Shown here: positions 48,900 to 61,139 of the stretch, one piece after another
How positions within the stretch are numbered: the stretch's first letter is position 1
How the letters are laid out: every line of letters starts with the position of its first letter
NCBI GenBank assembly: GCA_010909165.1
Contig: MU008185.1
Span: 124,001-188,000 of the forward strand
Length of the DNA stretch: 64,000 bases
Source of the DNA: Anthoceros angustus
Taxonomy: Eukaryota; Plantae; Anthocerotophyta
Reading direction: 5' to 3'
Translations under genes and position numbers: made by a program
Notes under the pieces: generated by a model
The model's input: only the letters and a program-made list of their open reading frames with translations
Database searches by the model: none
Told to the model about the DNA's origin: nothing

Positions 48900-51800
48900 T
48901 CGGATTATAATGGATGATGTGCGGTTTGAAAATCCATATGGTGTGATCCCGTTGACTATTCGGACATTGCTCTGAGCAGACGAAACGCGTCGACATTTGT
49001 CGCCGCCAAATGTCCCGCGAGGTGTTTCTCGAACACCTAGGAATTTGCATCGCTATGCTGCTTTGGAGGGAAGCCCATCCAAACGCCGTTCTCACTCTGT
49101 TCCCAATGTCTGTGACCTTCCCCTGGGAGACAGACCGATGGTTCCATGCCGTGGTTTGTTTCACGAGGATATTGTTGCTCGCCTCCACTCACCGGATGAT
49201 GAAGGGCCCAGTTGGGAGGACGAGGATTCCCTCCACTTCCAGACACATGATGCCTGTCAATCCTTCCATCCGAAGCCTCTAAGTGAGACTTTGAAGGCCC
49301 CCACAACCGCAAGTACTCTATCATGCCGGAGACGCGCAGCTGGAGTGTCGTTGACAAAAAGTGAAGGGGAGACAATGCTTGATTTCAAAGCCTTGTTGCA
49401 ACAACATGTGTTTGCTACCAAAAAGAGCGATTTCGAGCGATACCGCTTTCGGATGGGGAGGTGAACAGAGACATTTCTTCACCTCCAATGGATGCATGGA
49501 TAGAAGGAAAGCACACATCTCATGGGAGCGACTCTTATGCCGCTGAAGGCTTTCAAAGAGTGTATTGCCTTGGGCACAAGAGGTATGAGGAGCTAAAGGC
49601 GAGTCTTTGGAATCACCTTGGGATGGATTGAAACCAAGGCACAATCTACTTATGCGCTTGATGCCATTTCTTGGATGGACAATGCTTTTATGTTTATGGC
49701 CGAGCGCCTAATTTGGAAGTATTTAATCTACACACGATGCGTCAATCCTTCCATCAAGCCTCTAAGTGAGACTTTGAAGGCCCGACAACCGCAAGTACTC
49801 TATCATGCCGAGGCAGCGGTGTCGTTGACAAAAAGTGAAGGGAGACAATGCTTGATTTCAAAGCCTTGTTGCAACAACATGTGTTTCTGAAGGTGACCAA
49901 AAAGCGATTTCGAGCGATACTTTCTTCGGATGGGAGGCGAGGAGACATTTCTTGATCTCTTGTTGATCGGATGCTGCAGTGATAGAAGGAAGCGGTCACA
50001 TATCATGGGCGACTCTTATGCCTGCTTGAAGGCTTTCAAAGAGTGTATTGCCTTGGGCACAAGAGGTATGAGGAGCTAAAGGCGAGTCTTTCAGGAATCA
50101 CCTTGGGATGGATTCGGACCAAACGAAGGCACAATCTACTTATCGCTTGATGCCATTTCTTGGATGGACAATGCTTTTATGTTTATGGCTTCCTAATTTG
50201 GAAGTATTCAATCTACCCGACACGTATACAAAGTTGGAAATATGGGCGTTGTACAAGCGTCAGTGCGAAAGCTCTAGCATACGCTATGTGAAGTATCCAT
50301 GGTTCTTAAAACTGTGGAGAAGCAACTTCCCCAGAGTAAAAATCCCGAAGTCCAACAGATTTTCAACATGCTCGCTTTGCGCAGGCCTGAAGAGCACTAT
50401 AAGAAATACAAAGCACAAGCAAGATCAAGGTAAATTGCAATGTGTGTCTTCATGTGCTTGTTCCTCCGCTTGTTGAATGCCCGCCTATCATCATGCACGG
50501 ATGTACCCTCTTGTGTCTTCTTCATCATAATCGATGCATGTGCTTGCAATGCCAATACTTACCATGGATTGGGTCCACAAGAGCTACGCCGGCCGGGCGC
50601 CCTCTTCCGCTCGATAAATCTCCCATCTCTAGAGAAGGCGCCGCCGGCCGGCCGCCTCCGCTGATGATGATTCGAGACCCTCCCAAATCATCCGCGGGGA
50701 AGAAGGCGCCGACCCACGCCCCCCTCTCTGCCACGCAAGGATGATTGGTAAGAGCGTCAAAAAGCTTTTGTATAGGTTGGATGGTTCTCGCAAAGTCGGG
50801 CGATGGTGAGGGGTCTTTATTCTTGATTATGATGTTCGTTTGGCAGAAATTCGGAGTTGCCTTGGAAGCACATCGTGCGGCTCCACCAGAACGGCAGAAA
50901 TGGCTAAACAGGAGCAAGAGCTATGTGGAGCCACATAAGTATATCTTGCTCTCCATTGATGGAATGGACCAAAAAGAGAGATACCTCATCTTCTCCGGTA
51001 AAAAACCTCGAGAGGAGTGTCGATTTCACCACGTGGTTGGGTGCATGATTCACAACTATACGCTTAAAGCTAGAGCCTATTTGCATTATGCGAATTGCGA
51101 ACGACGCGAATCTTACGATCACCATTATTCGTGACGTTATACATAATTACGAGGGTGTCCCCGCCAAGAGTTTTGTATTTGCGTAGACAACACATGCAGG
51201 GAGAATAAGAACCACCGCTTTTGCTATCCGAACATGCTTGTTGATATGGGTACTTTTGAAAAGTGAAAGTGGGATTCCTTTTGGTCGGGCATACTCATGA
51301 TCAAATCGACCGATGTTTTCTGCTTCTCCAAAAGCTTGAAACATAAAAGAAGCTCACACGCTTCGCATTGTCGAGATCTTGCAAGCGTACACTCCTACAC
51401 AGGTCAAGGTATTGATAAAGTGGCGACTTCCATCATATGTGTGGCCCATTACACAAGGCCGAGAGGACTCTTATGGGGCGGCAGAAGAAACCGAACAACC
51501 TATCGCTCCAAAGACCAGCTAAAATAACACGTGAAGAGAAAGCGACGTGGGTTTGTGCGTTATCGTGAGCAAGCAGACTGACCGCCTCGAAAGAAGGGGT
51601 TTGAGTTTTGAAATTTGTGCCTTGGACACTATAATACCGCGCCTTGAGACCGCTCGAGGATAAAAAGGAAGCCATGCTATTCTCCCAACGCAGCCGTTGC
51701 TCATCTAAAGGCCGGTCTTGGAACTTAGGCCGTATGTGACATCAAGGAGTTTTATGGTGGGAAGCTTTACGGGTGGACCAGAGGAGATTGTCATATTGTG

Positions 51801-54452
51801 GAAAACAACATTGGCCTTGTGCTACACAAAACCTTGGAGGTGGTACGCCAGATCAAGTGGAAGGCACAACAACCTCGCATGTTCGGATGAAGCACTGCTT
51901 TGGAGGAGGCATTCTTGAGGAGCTCCCACAACGAGATATGTATTTGGGAGCATACCAAAACTGGGAGGCAACAACAAGAAATGTCACGGTTGAATGGTGA
52001 TATCGCAGAAATAAAGCAGAATGTTAGTTGCGCCTCATGCACACGCAAAATAGACCCTTTTGGATTGGGAAGGTGACTTGTGTTGAACTACATGCACCAG
52101 CCTCACTTCCTTGTTCATTGGTACAGAACAACACAGATGCGTATGAAGGAGGTACGTGGAAGAATATTAATCGAGGGATGGCACTGGAGCAACTCGGGAG
52201 AGGAAGGCTATCCATCAAAGAATATCCAACAAGTTTTTGTTCACCAAGCAGTCATCCTCTATTATGGGTTCACTTGACTACTGGAAAACATTTGTACTGT
52301 GGATAAGAAGGCCATAAAAGATAAGTTAATTGAATTGCGAGGCTTTATTCAACCAGAGTCAAAGTGCAACCGAGGATGCAAGAGGATGGTCATGATCTTG
52401 GGCCCAGTGAAGATGATGGCGTGGAGTCGGCGAAGAGTAGGAAACACTCAATGATTGTCACTTCGCGGCAATTGCAGTACATTTCAATAGTATCTACGCC
52501 CATGATAGGATTGTGGTTGTGGCTATCCTCTGTGAGAAGTTGTAGACTTGACATAGATAATATCTTCCAATTTTCAAGAGTTTGTCCATACCATTGAGAA
52601 GGACATGTGTATGTCCGGCATGCATAATGAAAGGCAACATACGATGAGCGAGCATGCATGTTCCTCTGCGTCGGCGGAACTAGTTTCACACTTTTTAAGT
52701 TCATCGATTGCGATGCAGGGGACTAAAGCATGTGAATATATTTGCGACCACAATTGAGACTGTGGAAGCCATCCCCACCCAATCAAGTCTTTTGTAACCA
52801 ACCGAAGGCTCCGCACTCGCCGCCATTCGCAAGGGATCATCCGATGGAAGGACGCCGGCCGGCGGCCCTTCCTCTCAAACTGCTTTGATACCGCCACGGT
52901 CACTGCCTCAAAGTTCATCACCCTTCTTTTGTAGATTTCATTTTCCGAGGAAAGACCGGCATGCAAAGAATGGCCTTGTCATGGGTCTTAAATGCGCCAA
53001 TGAGGTTAACTCTACACCATAACCCTTCAGGCGTTGAATGGATCTTCTATCAATGGTTCATACAATTGTCACCCTTCTTTCTCGCCTTTAATTGACCCAT
53101 ACCCCAAAAGTACGAGTTCAATGCCCATGTGAAACCCCTTGAGGAGCTCCCTAGAGATATGTATTTGGGAGCATACCAAAATCTGGGAGGCAACAAGAAA
53201 TGTCACGGTTGAATGGTGATATCGAAATAAATGCGGGAATGTTGCAGTTCCATGACACGCAAAATAGACCCTTTTGGATTGGGAAGGTGACTTGTGTTAA
53301 ACTACATGCACCAGCCTCACTTCCTTGTTCATTGGTACAGGGAACACGTATGAAGGAGTGCGTGGAAGAATATTTGTCGGAGGGATGGCAAGCGGCACAG
53401 GAGCAACTCGGGAGGCAGGCGAAGGCTATCCATCAAAAGAATATCCAACAAGTTTTTGTTCACCAAGCGGTCATCCTCTATTATGGGTTCAGCTTGACTA
53501 CGGAAACATTTTATGTGTGGATAAGAAGGCCATAAAAGATAAGTTAATTGAATTGCGAGGCTTTATTCAACCAGCGAGTCAAAGTGCAACCGAGGGCGGC
53601 AAGAGGATGGTCATGATGCCCAGAAGATGATGGCGTGGAGTCGGCGAAGAGTAGGAAACACTCACGATTAAAAGCCGCGGGCAATTGGTGAGCAGTGCAC
53701 ATTTCTGAATAGTATCTACGCCCATGATAGGATTGTGGTTGTGGCTATCCTCTGTGAGAAGTTGTAGACTTGACATAGATAATATCTTCCAATTTTCAAG
53801 AGTTTGTCCATACCATTGAGAAGGACATGTGGGGAGTGTGGCCATAGGGCCGCGCTCGGCATTGCGGCATAATGAAAGGCAACACACGATGAGCCGTGCG
53901 GGCATGTTCCTCTGTGCGTCATGACGGCGGGAACTAGTTTCCGCACACTTTTTTAAGTTCATCGATTGCAGTCTGGGGGACTAAAGCATGTGAATATATT
54001 TGCGACCACAATTGAGACTATGCGGAAGCCATCCCCACCCAATCACAGTCTTTTGTAACCAAAATCCGACTAAAGGCTGCTACCGCAGGATGGTCGGCAT
54101 GCGGAAAAGGACGGCCGGCGGCGGCGTCCATCCTCTCAAACACCGCTACCTGCGGTAGTTAGTCCTCAAAGTTCATCACCGTTCTTTTGTAGATTTCATT
54201 TTCTTTGCGAGAAAAGGCGGCGATTCTGACAATGGCCTTGTCATGGGTCTTAAATGCGGCCCACATGAGGTTAACTCTTCCACCATAACCCTTGGCGTTG
54301 AATGGATCTTCTATCAATGGTTCATGAATTGTCACCCTTCTTTTACGCCTTTGCCCCAAAAATGAGTTCAATGCCCATGTGAAACCCCCTTCAGAGGATA
54401 TATGTCACAAAACCCTCTTCGTGAATATTCACCCCCTTCGAAAGATATCGTG
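48900..54452 (+). mobile_element. DDE DNA transposon (DUF7869-like transposase), frameshift-ridden, with internal tandem duplications; left end uncertain
   Basis: WRSNFPRVKIPKSNRFSTCSLC, SIDGMDQK, DNTCRENKN, VGHTHDQIDR and a C-terminal RPFWIGKV. Internal duplications ~49245-49720/49735-50200 and ~51915-53140/53140-54380. Terminus ...gatatcgtg at 54452. Confidence 0.8.
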
Positions 54453-54800
54453 TTACGTTCAACAATGGGAGGTCGGTTATAGGATACGCCACTATGGTGA
54501 AGAAACAGGTCTACCTGTCGAATGACAAACTGGTGGTATGCCCTTATCAACGCCCACTTGGTCTTCTTATGAAACTTATAAGGACCTTCTCAAAAGAAGG
54601 GGACTGGGTTCTTGATGCATGCGTGCGCCAGGACCACCACACTTGTCAGTCCTCATATTTAATCGCATTGCGCTTGAGGCAGATTGAGATGTGCAGTACA
54701 TTCCTCAACGAATACATGGCTATGAGGTCCTTCCATGCGTAGGAAGAGCTTACATTTCAACCGCATCGTAAGACCTTCAGCTTCCGCAAAGGAGGTATGT
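54453..54800 (+). pseudogene. Beta-class N4-cytosine/N6-adenine DNA methyltransferase C-terminal remnant (paralogue of the 24 kb copy)
   Basis: TFNNGRSVIGYATMVKKQVYLSNDKLVVCPYQRPLGLLMKLIRTFSKEGDWVLDAC...TTTLV. The 5' part is cut off exactly at the transposon terminus. Confidence 0.8.
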
Positions 54801-55429
54801 ATCAGAAAAGATAGTCCTCAAGGCACAAGTTGTTTCATTGAGTGCCGTGGAGGTTGCATTTACAACAGTGAACTTTTGGAAGATGGGCGCAAACGTTGAT
54901 GATGTATGGCACTGCCTCCCGGTGACCACCCCAAGTGTGATGTGCCGAAGACGAAGGCCTTGGAAGAAAATGACGAATTTGAAGACGAAGTAGAGCGATT
55001 AGAAACCTAGCGGTTGTCTTAGACTCCATGTGAGACTGGCGAGCGAGTGGCAATGTGATTGAGTCCTCCCAATGATCCATTGTAGACGCCTTTATATTTT
55101 CTGACGGTACTAAACGATAAGTTTTGTGGTCGGATAAGTGCTCTGATTCAAGAATGGCCACCGTGATAGTTAGGTGAAAAAAACGTTGAAGTGGCGGAAA
55201 TTTAATTTCCTTCCTACATTATGGACCATTGCTGACGAGGTGTGGAGTGATTTTCTAAACCAAGTGTCACAAAGAGGCCACATTTACCCTCTTTATCGTT
55301 GTAGACTTGAGATCTGCACTCAAGGGAGTGATTTCGTGTCAAGACAACCAAAACATAGCCAATCCAACCAAAACACGAGACACCAAACATCTAGCGATTC
55401 TGAGACAGGCTACTATCCTAACAACACTG

Positions 55430-57480
55430 CACTGTGGCTATCTTAGCCACGCTGATTTGCTACCTTAGCAACGCATCTTGCTATCTTAGCAACCACCCTC
55501 TTTTTAGCAGTGGGGTCCACCTTGGGATCAGTCGGCTATTAATAGAAGGGTGGGACCCACTTGGGGATCCAAGTGGATAAGGTTGGACACCCTCTCTCTT
55601 ATCTATCCACAAAGTTAGATCCACCAATCGAGTTAGCCACGTGTCACCTTTTCCACACACTATTTATGGACAACCTAAGCAGGCCCTAACCCTAATCTCT
55701 AAACCTAAACCTAGGACAACTCACAGATAAAGGGTTGCACTCACACAACTACCCCTTTCTCTTGCGGCACTTCTTGAGACTTCCTTGTCTCTCCTCCTTT
55801 TTCAGCTCACCTTCCAAGCTCCATACCTCTCCAGGCTCTCAGCCCCTTGAGGTGCCTCTCCCTCCCCACACTCCAAGTCTCCCAAAGAACTCTCTTCAAC
55901 TCTCCTTGTTCTCACACCTCACGCCCCATTCAATCTCCACTTTCAGACCACAGACCTCTCAGGCTCTCACAGCCCCTTGAGGTGCCTCTCAGTCCTCCCC
56001 ACACTCTCCAAGTCTCCCCGGCAACTCTCTTCAACTCTCCTTGTTCTCACACCTCCCCATTCAATCTCCACTTTTCCGACTCACGGCACCTCTCCGGTCC
56101 TTACAAGGTTCTCATCCAGGCCCTTACAGCACTTCACCAACTCTCAAAATACTTGTTCAGCTACCTCCGCAATCATTCCGTCTCATCCACTCACGGATCT
56201 TCAACCTCCACTCACTCTTCTTCAGAACACAAACATCACTTACAGACTTCTCCAGTCCTTCTTACTCCTCTCAAACAGCCAATCAGCAACTCTCCATGTC
56301 CAGATTCTCCACTTCTCTCACAGTTCACTTTTCCTCTCATTTTCCAAACACACAAGCCCACGGCCTCAACTCACTTGACTTCCTTGACTTCTCCTCCACA
56401 CACAGGCTCCCGCCTTGTCTTCTCTCACACACGGGCTCCCGCCTCTTCTCCCAAACACCCGACCTCCAACACACGAAACTCAAAACACAAGGTGAGTACT
56501 AGACTAGTGAAGGGAATGAGGAAGAGTGGACAGCCTCCCGGCTTCACAACCCCTTCCTCTTGACCTTGAACTCCCTCCAAGGAGACCTCAAGGCTCCCTC
56601 CCTTGCTTTCCACCACCCTTGCGGATCGGCCACAGATCTAGGCAACTTGGTGGTCTTCTTGGCTTCTCTGTGACAAAGAAACAGTCTAGACTTACAAAGA
56701 CCGTGGATCCGGTACCCCCAAACCCCGTGCTCACCCCAAACCCCGTGCTCAGCCCCAAACACCGAGACCTTAAGCCAACATTGCTTACATTTCATCAAGA
56801 GGGACTGCCTCTTATACCCAAGATCAGCCCCCAAACGTAGCTTGGCTACTTGCCAAAAATACCAATCAGTCTAAGCCTACTAGTCCTAGAGGCCTATCTC
56901 TTAATTTTGTCCACTAAGAGAGAAGATAAAATCTTCAGTCTATAGCACATGGGCCTACAGCTATTTCAGGGTCACTTACCCCTATTATCTCTCCTAGGCC
57001 TCCTAGCCACATGCTCTCCTCTTGCTCCCCTCCCTCTTGGCTGGTTGGGCAACCTCTCCCACAAAATCTCCACCTCCTCGAGGACTCCTCCCTCTCTTGT
57101 GCTCGCAACATAGCCTCAGTACTCCTCCTCGGTGAGCTCTTGAATCGGATGGGTCGGTGAAAGTCTCCTCCATAAGAGTCCAACCCATAGGTAGGATCCG
57201 GTGCGTCAAGGCATGGATCAAGTACCTCCATGTTCCTCTACTTCCCGGTATTTCGTGATTTCGCCCAAATAGGTTTCCGAATTTATCGGAAAATAACTCC
57301 GACTTGGTTGCTACCATAGCAACAGCTCCTGTTGTTGTCATAGCAACAGTCCTGCTATCAACGGCCCTAGCAACAGCTAGCAACGGTCGAGCCCAACCCT
57401 CCAAGGTTCCGTCGGATCGGGACTAGACTCTCTTCCTCCTACTAGGCTCTAGTAGACTTTTCTTATTTCCTAACCTACTT
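55430..57480. repeat. Non-coding C/T-rich LTR-like segment with internal ~130-bp tandem repeat
   Basis: agccccttgaggtgcctctc...caactctccttgttctcacacctc x2 (55840-56070), gctac(c/a)tagcaac repeats near both ends, strong strand skew and no credible ORF. Confidence 0.45.
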
Positions 57481-57885
57481 CACATTCCAACTCCACACGA
57501 TTCTCACAACTTAAACACAAAACAAAAAACACTTTCGAGGGGTCTCGAGTACCCATGTGGTCACCACACGAGGGTCCAACTAACGCCGGCCAACCAGTCA
57601 TTATTACATGCACACATGGAGCAGGCGTAAACCGTTTCCAACATGGGATCCATCGGACAAGGGTGGACATACGTCACAAACGTTGGAAAAACATAGTTTC
57701 CAGAAAGGTGTGATCTTTGTCAAGAGGGTCCACCAACAACCGAAGAGGGTTTGTATATTCCCCCCCTTGAAGGTTTATCGTGTTATTTTTGAAAATCATT
57801 TGTTGGTTGATGTTATGTTCCCACATTCGCTTTGTATACAACATGTAAAACCTTTTTGGCCTTACTCTATGTGCCCCTACCGAAA

Positions 57886-60800
57886 CATGATATCTTTCGA
57901 AGGGGGTGAATATTCACGAAGAGGGTTTTGTGACATATATCCTCTGAAGGGGGTTTCACATGGGCATTGAACTCCCACTTTTTGGGGTATGGGTCAATTA
58001 CAGTAAAAGAAGGGTGACAAATCGCATGAACCAAAGTTGATAGAAGATCCATTCAACGCGTGAAGGGTTATGGTGTTAGAGTTACCTCAATTGGTCCGCA
58101 TTTAAGACCCATGACAAAGGCCATTGCCGCCAGTTTCTCTTTTCCGTGGAGGAAAAATGAAATCTACAAAAGAAGGGTGATGAAACTTTGAGGACAGACT
58201 ACCGGGCGTGGTATGAAAGGTGTTTGAGGAAGGACGCCGGCCGGCGCCCTTCCCCGCCATGCCGATGATCCTTGCGAATGGCGGAGTTGAGCCTCTTCAG
58301 TTTGATTTGAAAAGACTTGGATTGGGGTGGGGATGGCTTCCGCATGCCTCAATTGTGGTCGCAAATATATTGACTGCCCAGCCCCCGACCGCAAATGAAC
58401 TTAAAAGCGATCGGCGGAAACTAGTTCCCGCCATGACGCATGAGGAACATGCCCGCCCGCTCAACGATGATGCCTTACATTATGCCGCAATGCCGATGTC
58501 GGCCCCGGGCCACATCCCACGTGTCCTTCTCTATGGTAAGCACAAACTCTTGAAAATGGAAGATAATATCTATGACAGTCTACAACTTCTCATAGAGGAT
58601 AGCCACAACCAAAAGCCTATGCATGGGCGCATATACTATTCGAAATGTGCACGCATACATTGTGCACGCAAACTACATGTGAATAGAGCATGACGACAAC
58701 CTCATCAATTGCGAAAATGATGATCATTCGAGTGTTTCCTACTCTTCGCCCGACTCCACGCCTTCATCTTCTGGCCCAGATCCCGACCATCCTCTTCACG
58801 GCCCCTCGTTGCACTTTGACTCGCTGGTTGAATAAACCTCGCAATTCAATTAACTTATCTTTTATGGCCTTCTTATCCACAAATACAAATGTTTCAAGAC
58901 AGTGAACCCATAATAGAGGATGACTGCTTGGTGAACAAAAACTTGTTGGATATTCTTGACGGATAGCCTTAGCCCCCCGTCTCCCGTTGCTTCGCTGCCA
59001 TCCCTCGATTATATATTCTTCCTCGGGCCTCAGCCGCCTCCCGCCTTCCCTACCGCCATCCGATAATGAACTCGTGCATAGTTCAACACAAGTCACCTTG
59101 CCAATCCAAAAGGGCCTATTTTGCGGTCGGTGCCGGAACCGCAGAACTAACATTCCCGCTTTATTTCGATATCACCATTCAACCGTGACATTTCTTGTTG
59201 TTGCCTCCCCAGATTTTGGTATGCTCCCAAATACATATCTCGCTGTGGAGCCTCAAGAATGCCCTCCAAAGAAGTGCTTCATCCGAACATGCAGAGGTTG
59301 GGTCAGGCCTTGCACTTCAGATCGTACCACCTCCAAGGTTTGTGTAGCACAAGGCCAATGTTGTTTTCCACAATAAGAATCTCCTCCTCGTCCACCCGTA
59401 AAGCTTCCCACCATAAAACTCCTGATGTCACATACGGCCTAAGTTCGCAAGACCCAGCCTTTAGATGAGCAACTACCGCAGCTTGGAGATAATATCATGT
59501 GGCTTTTTATCCCTCGACCGCAGTGCCAAGGGCGCAAATTATAGTGTCCAAGGCACGAATTTCAAAACTCCAAACCCCTTCGCCTCTAATCGAGGCGAGG
59601 TCGAACCTGCTCGATCATCGCCACAAACCCACGGCCGCTTTTTCACGTGTTATTTTGAACTGCCGAACGATAGGTTGTTCTCTTAACCGCCGCCCATAAT
59701 CGAGTCCTCTCCGGCCTTGTGTAATGGGCCACATATGACGGAAGTCGGCCACTACCAATACCTTGACCTCGTCTAGGCGTGTACGCTGCACCGTGATCTC
59801 TCGACAATGCGGAAGCGGTGAGCTTTATGTTTCAAGCTTTTGGAGAAGCAAGAAAACATCCGTCGATTTGATCATGAGTATGTCCGACCAAAAGGAATCC
59901 CACTTTCACTTTTCAAAAGTACCCATATCAACAAGCATGTTCGGAGCAAAAGCAGCCGGTTCTTATTCTCCCCGCATGTGTTGTCCAACCGCAAGTACAA
60001 AACTCTTGGCGTGACACCCTCGTAGTTATGTATAACGTCCTCGAATAATGGTGATCGAAGATTCGCTGCTCCAGATTCGCATAATGCAAATAGGCTCTAG
60101 CTTTAAGCGATAGTTGTGAATCATGCACCCAACCACGTGGATCGAATAACCCTCTACGAGGTTTTTCGCCACCGGAGAAGATGAGGTATCTCTGCCTTTT
60201 TGGTCCATTCCATCAATTGATAGCAGATATACTTATGTGGCTCCACATAGCTCTTGCTCCCGTGTTTAGCCATTTTCCGCTGCTCGGTGGAGCCGCACAC
60301 GATGTGCTTCAAGGCAACCCGGTATTTCGTGCCAAAACGAACATCATCAAGAAAAAGACCCCCATCATCACCATCCCGCTCGACTTTGCAGAGAACCATC
60401 CAACCTATACAAAAGCTGCAAGACGCCTACAAACATTCATGCAATGCAAATGGGGGAAGGGGCCGGCCTTCGCCACGACGATGATTTGGGAGGCCCTCCG
60501 AATCATCATAACAGAGTGCTGCAGGCGCCAGCCGCCGGCGCCCAACCGGGAGGCTGCCCCGGCGGCCACGGCCACCAACCCGCCCAGAGGGTTGGAAGCA
60601 TCATTGTGCTACACATGAATCGATCATGATGTAAGAAGACAAGAAGGGTACATCCAAGCGATGATAGGCAAGGCATTCAACAACGAGGAACAAGCACATG
60701 AAAGAAAACATCGGTGCAATTTACCTTGATCTTGCTTGTGCTTTGTATTTAGCGATAGTGCTCTTCAGCTCAAGAAAGCATGTTGAAAACTGTTGACTGG

Positions 60801-61125
60801 ATTTTACCGGGGAAGTTGCTTCCACGCTTTTAAGAACCATGGATACTTCACATAGCGTATGAGCAGCTGTGACCGACGCTTGTACAACGCCATATTTCCA
60901 ACTTTGTATACGCCGGGTAGATTAAATACTTCCAAATTAGGAAGCCGCCGCCATAAACATAAAAGCATTGTCCATCCAAGAAATGGCATCAAGCGATAAG
61001 TAGATTGTGCTCTCGGGTTTGGTCCGAAACCATCCCAAGGGGATTCCAAAAGACTACGCCTTTAGGCTCCTCATACCTCTTGTGCCCAAAGCGATACACT
61101 CTTTGAAAGCCTTCAGCAGACAAGA
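57886..61125 (-). mobile_element. Second, inverted copy of the DUF7869-like transposon (3' two-thirds)
   Basis: Reverse complement of ~50000-54452 (SKSYVEPHKYI, HVVGCMIHNY, RPFWIGKVTCV). Terminus catgatatctttcgaagggggtg starts at 57886. Confidence 0.85.
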
Positions 61126-61139
61126 GTCGCCTCCCATGA

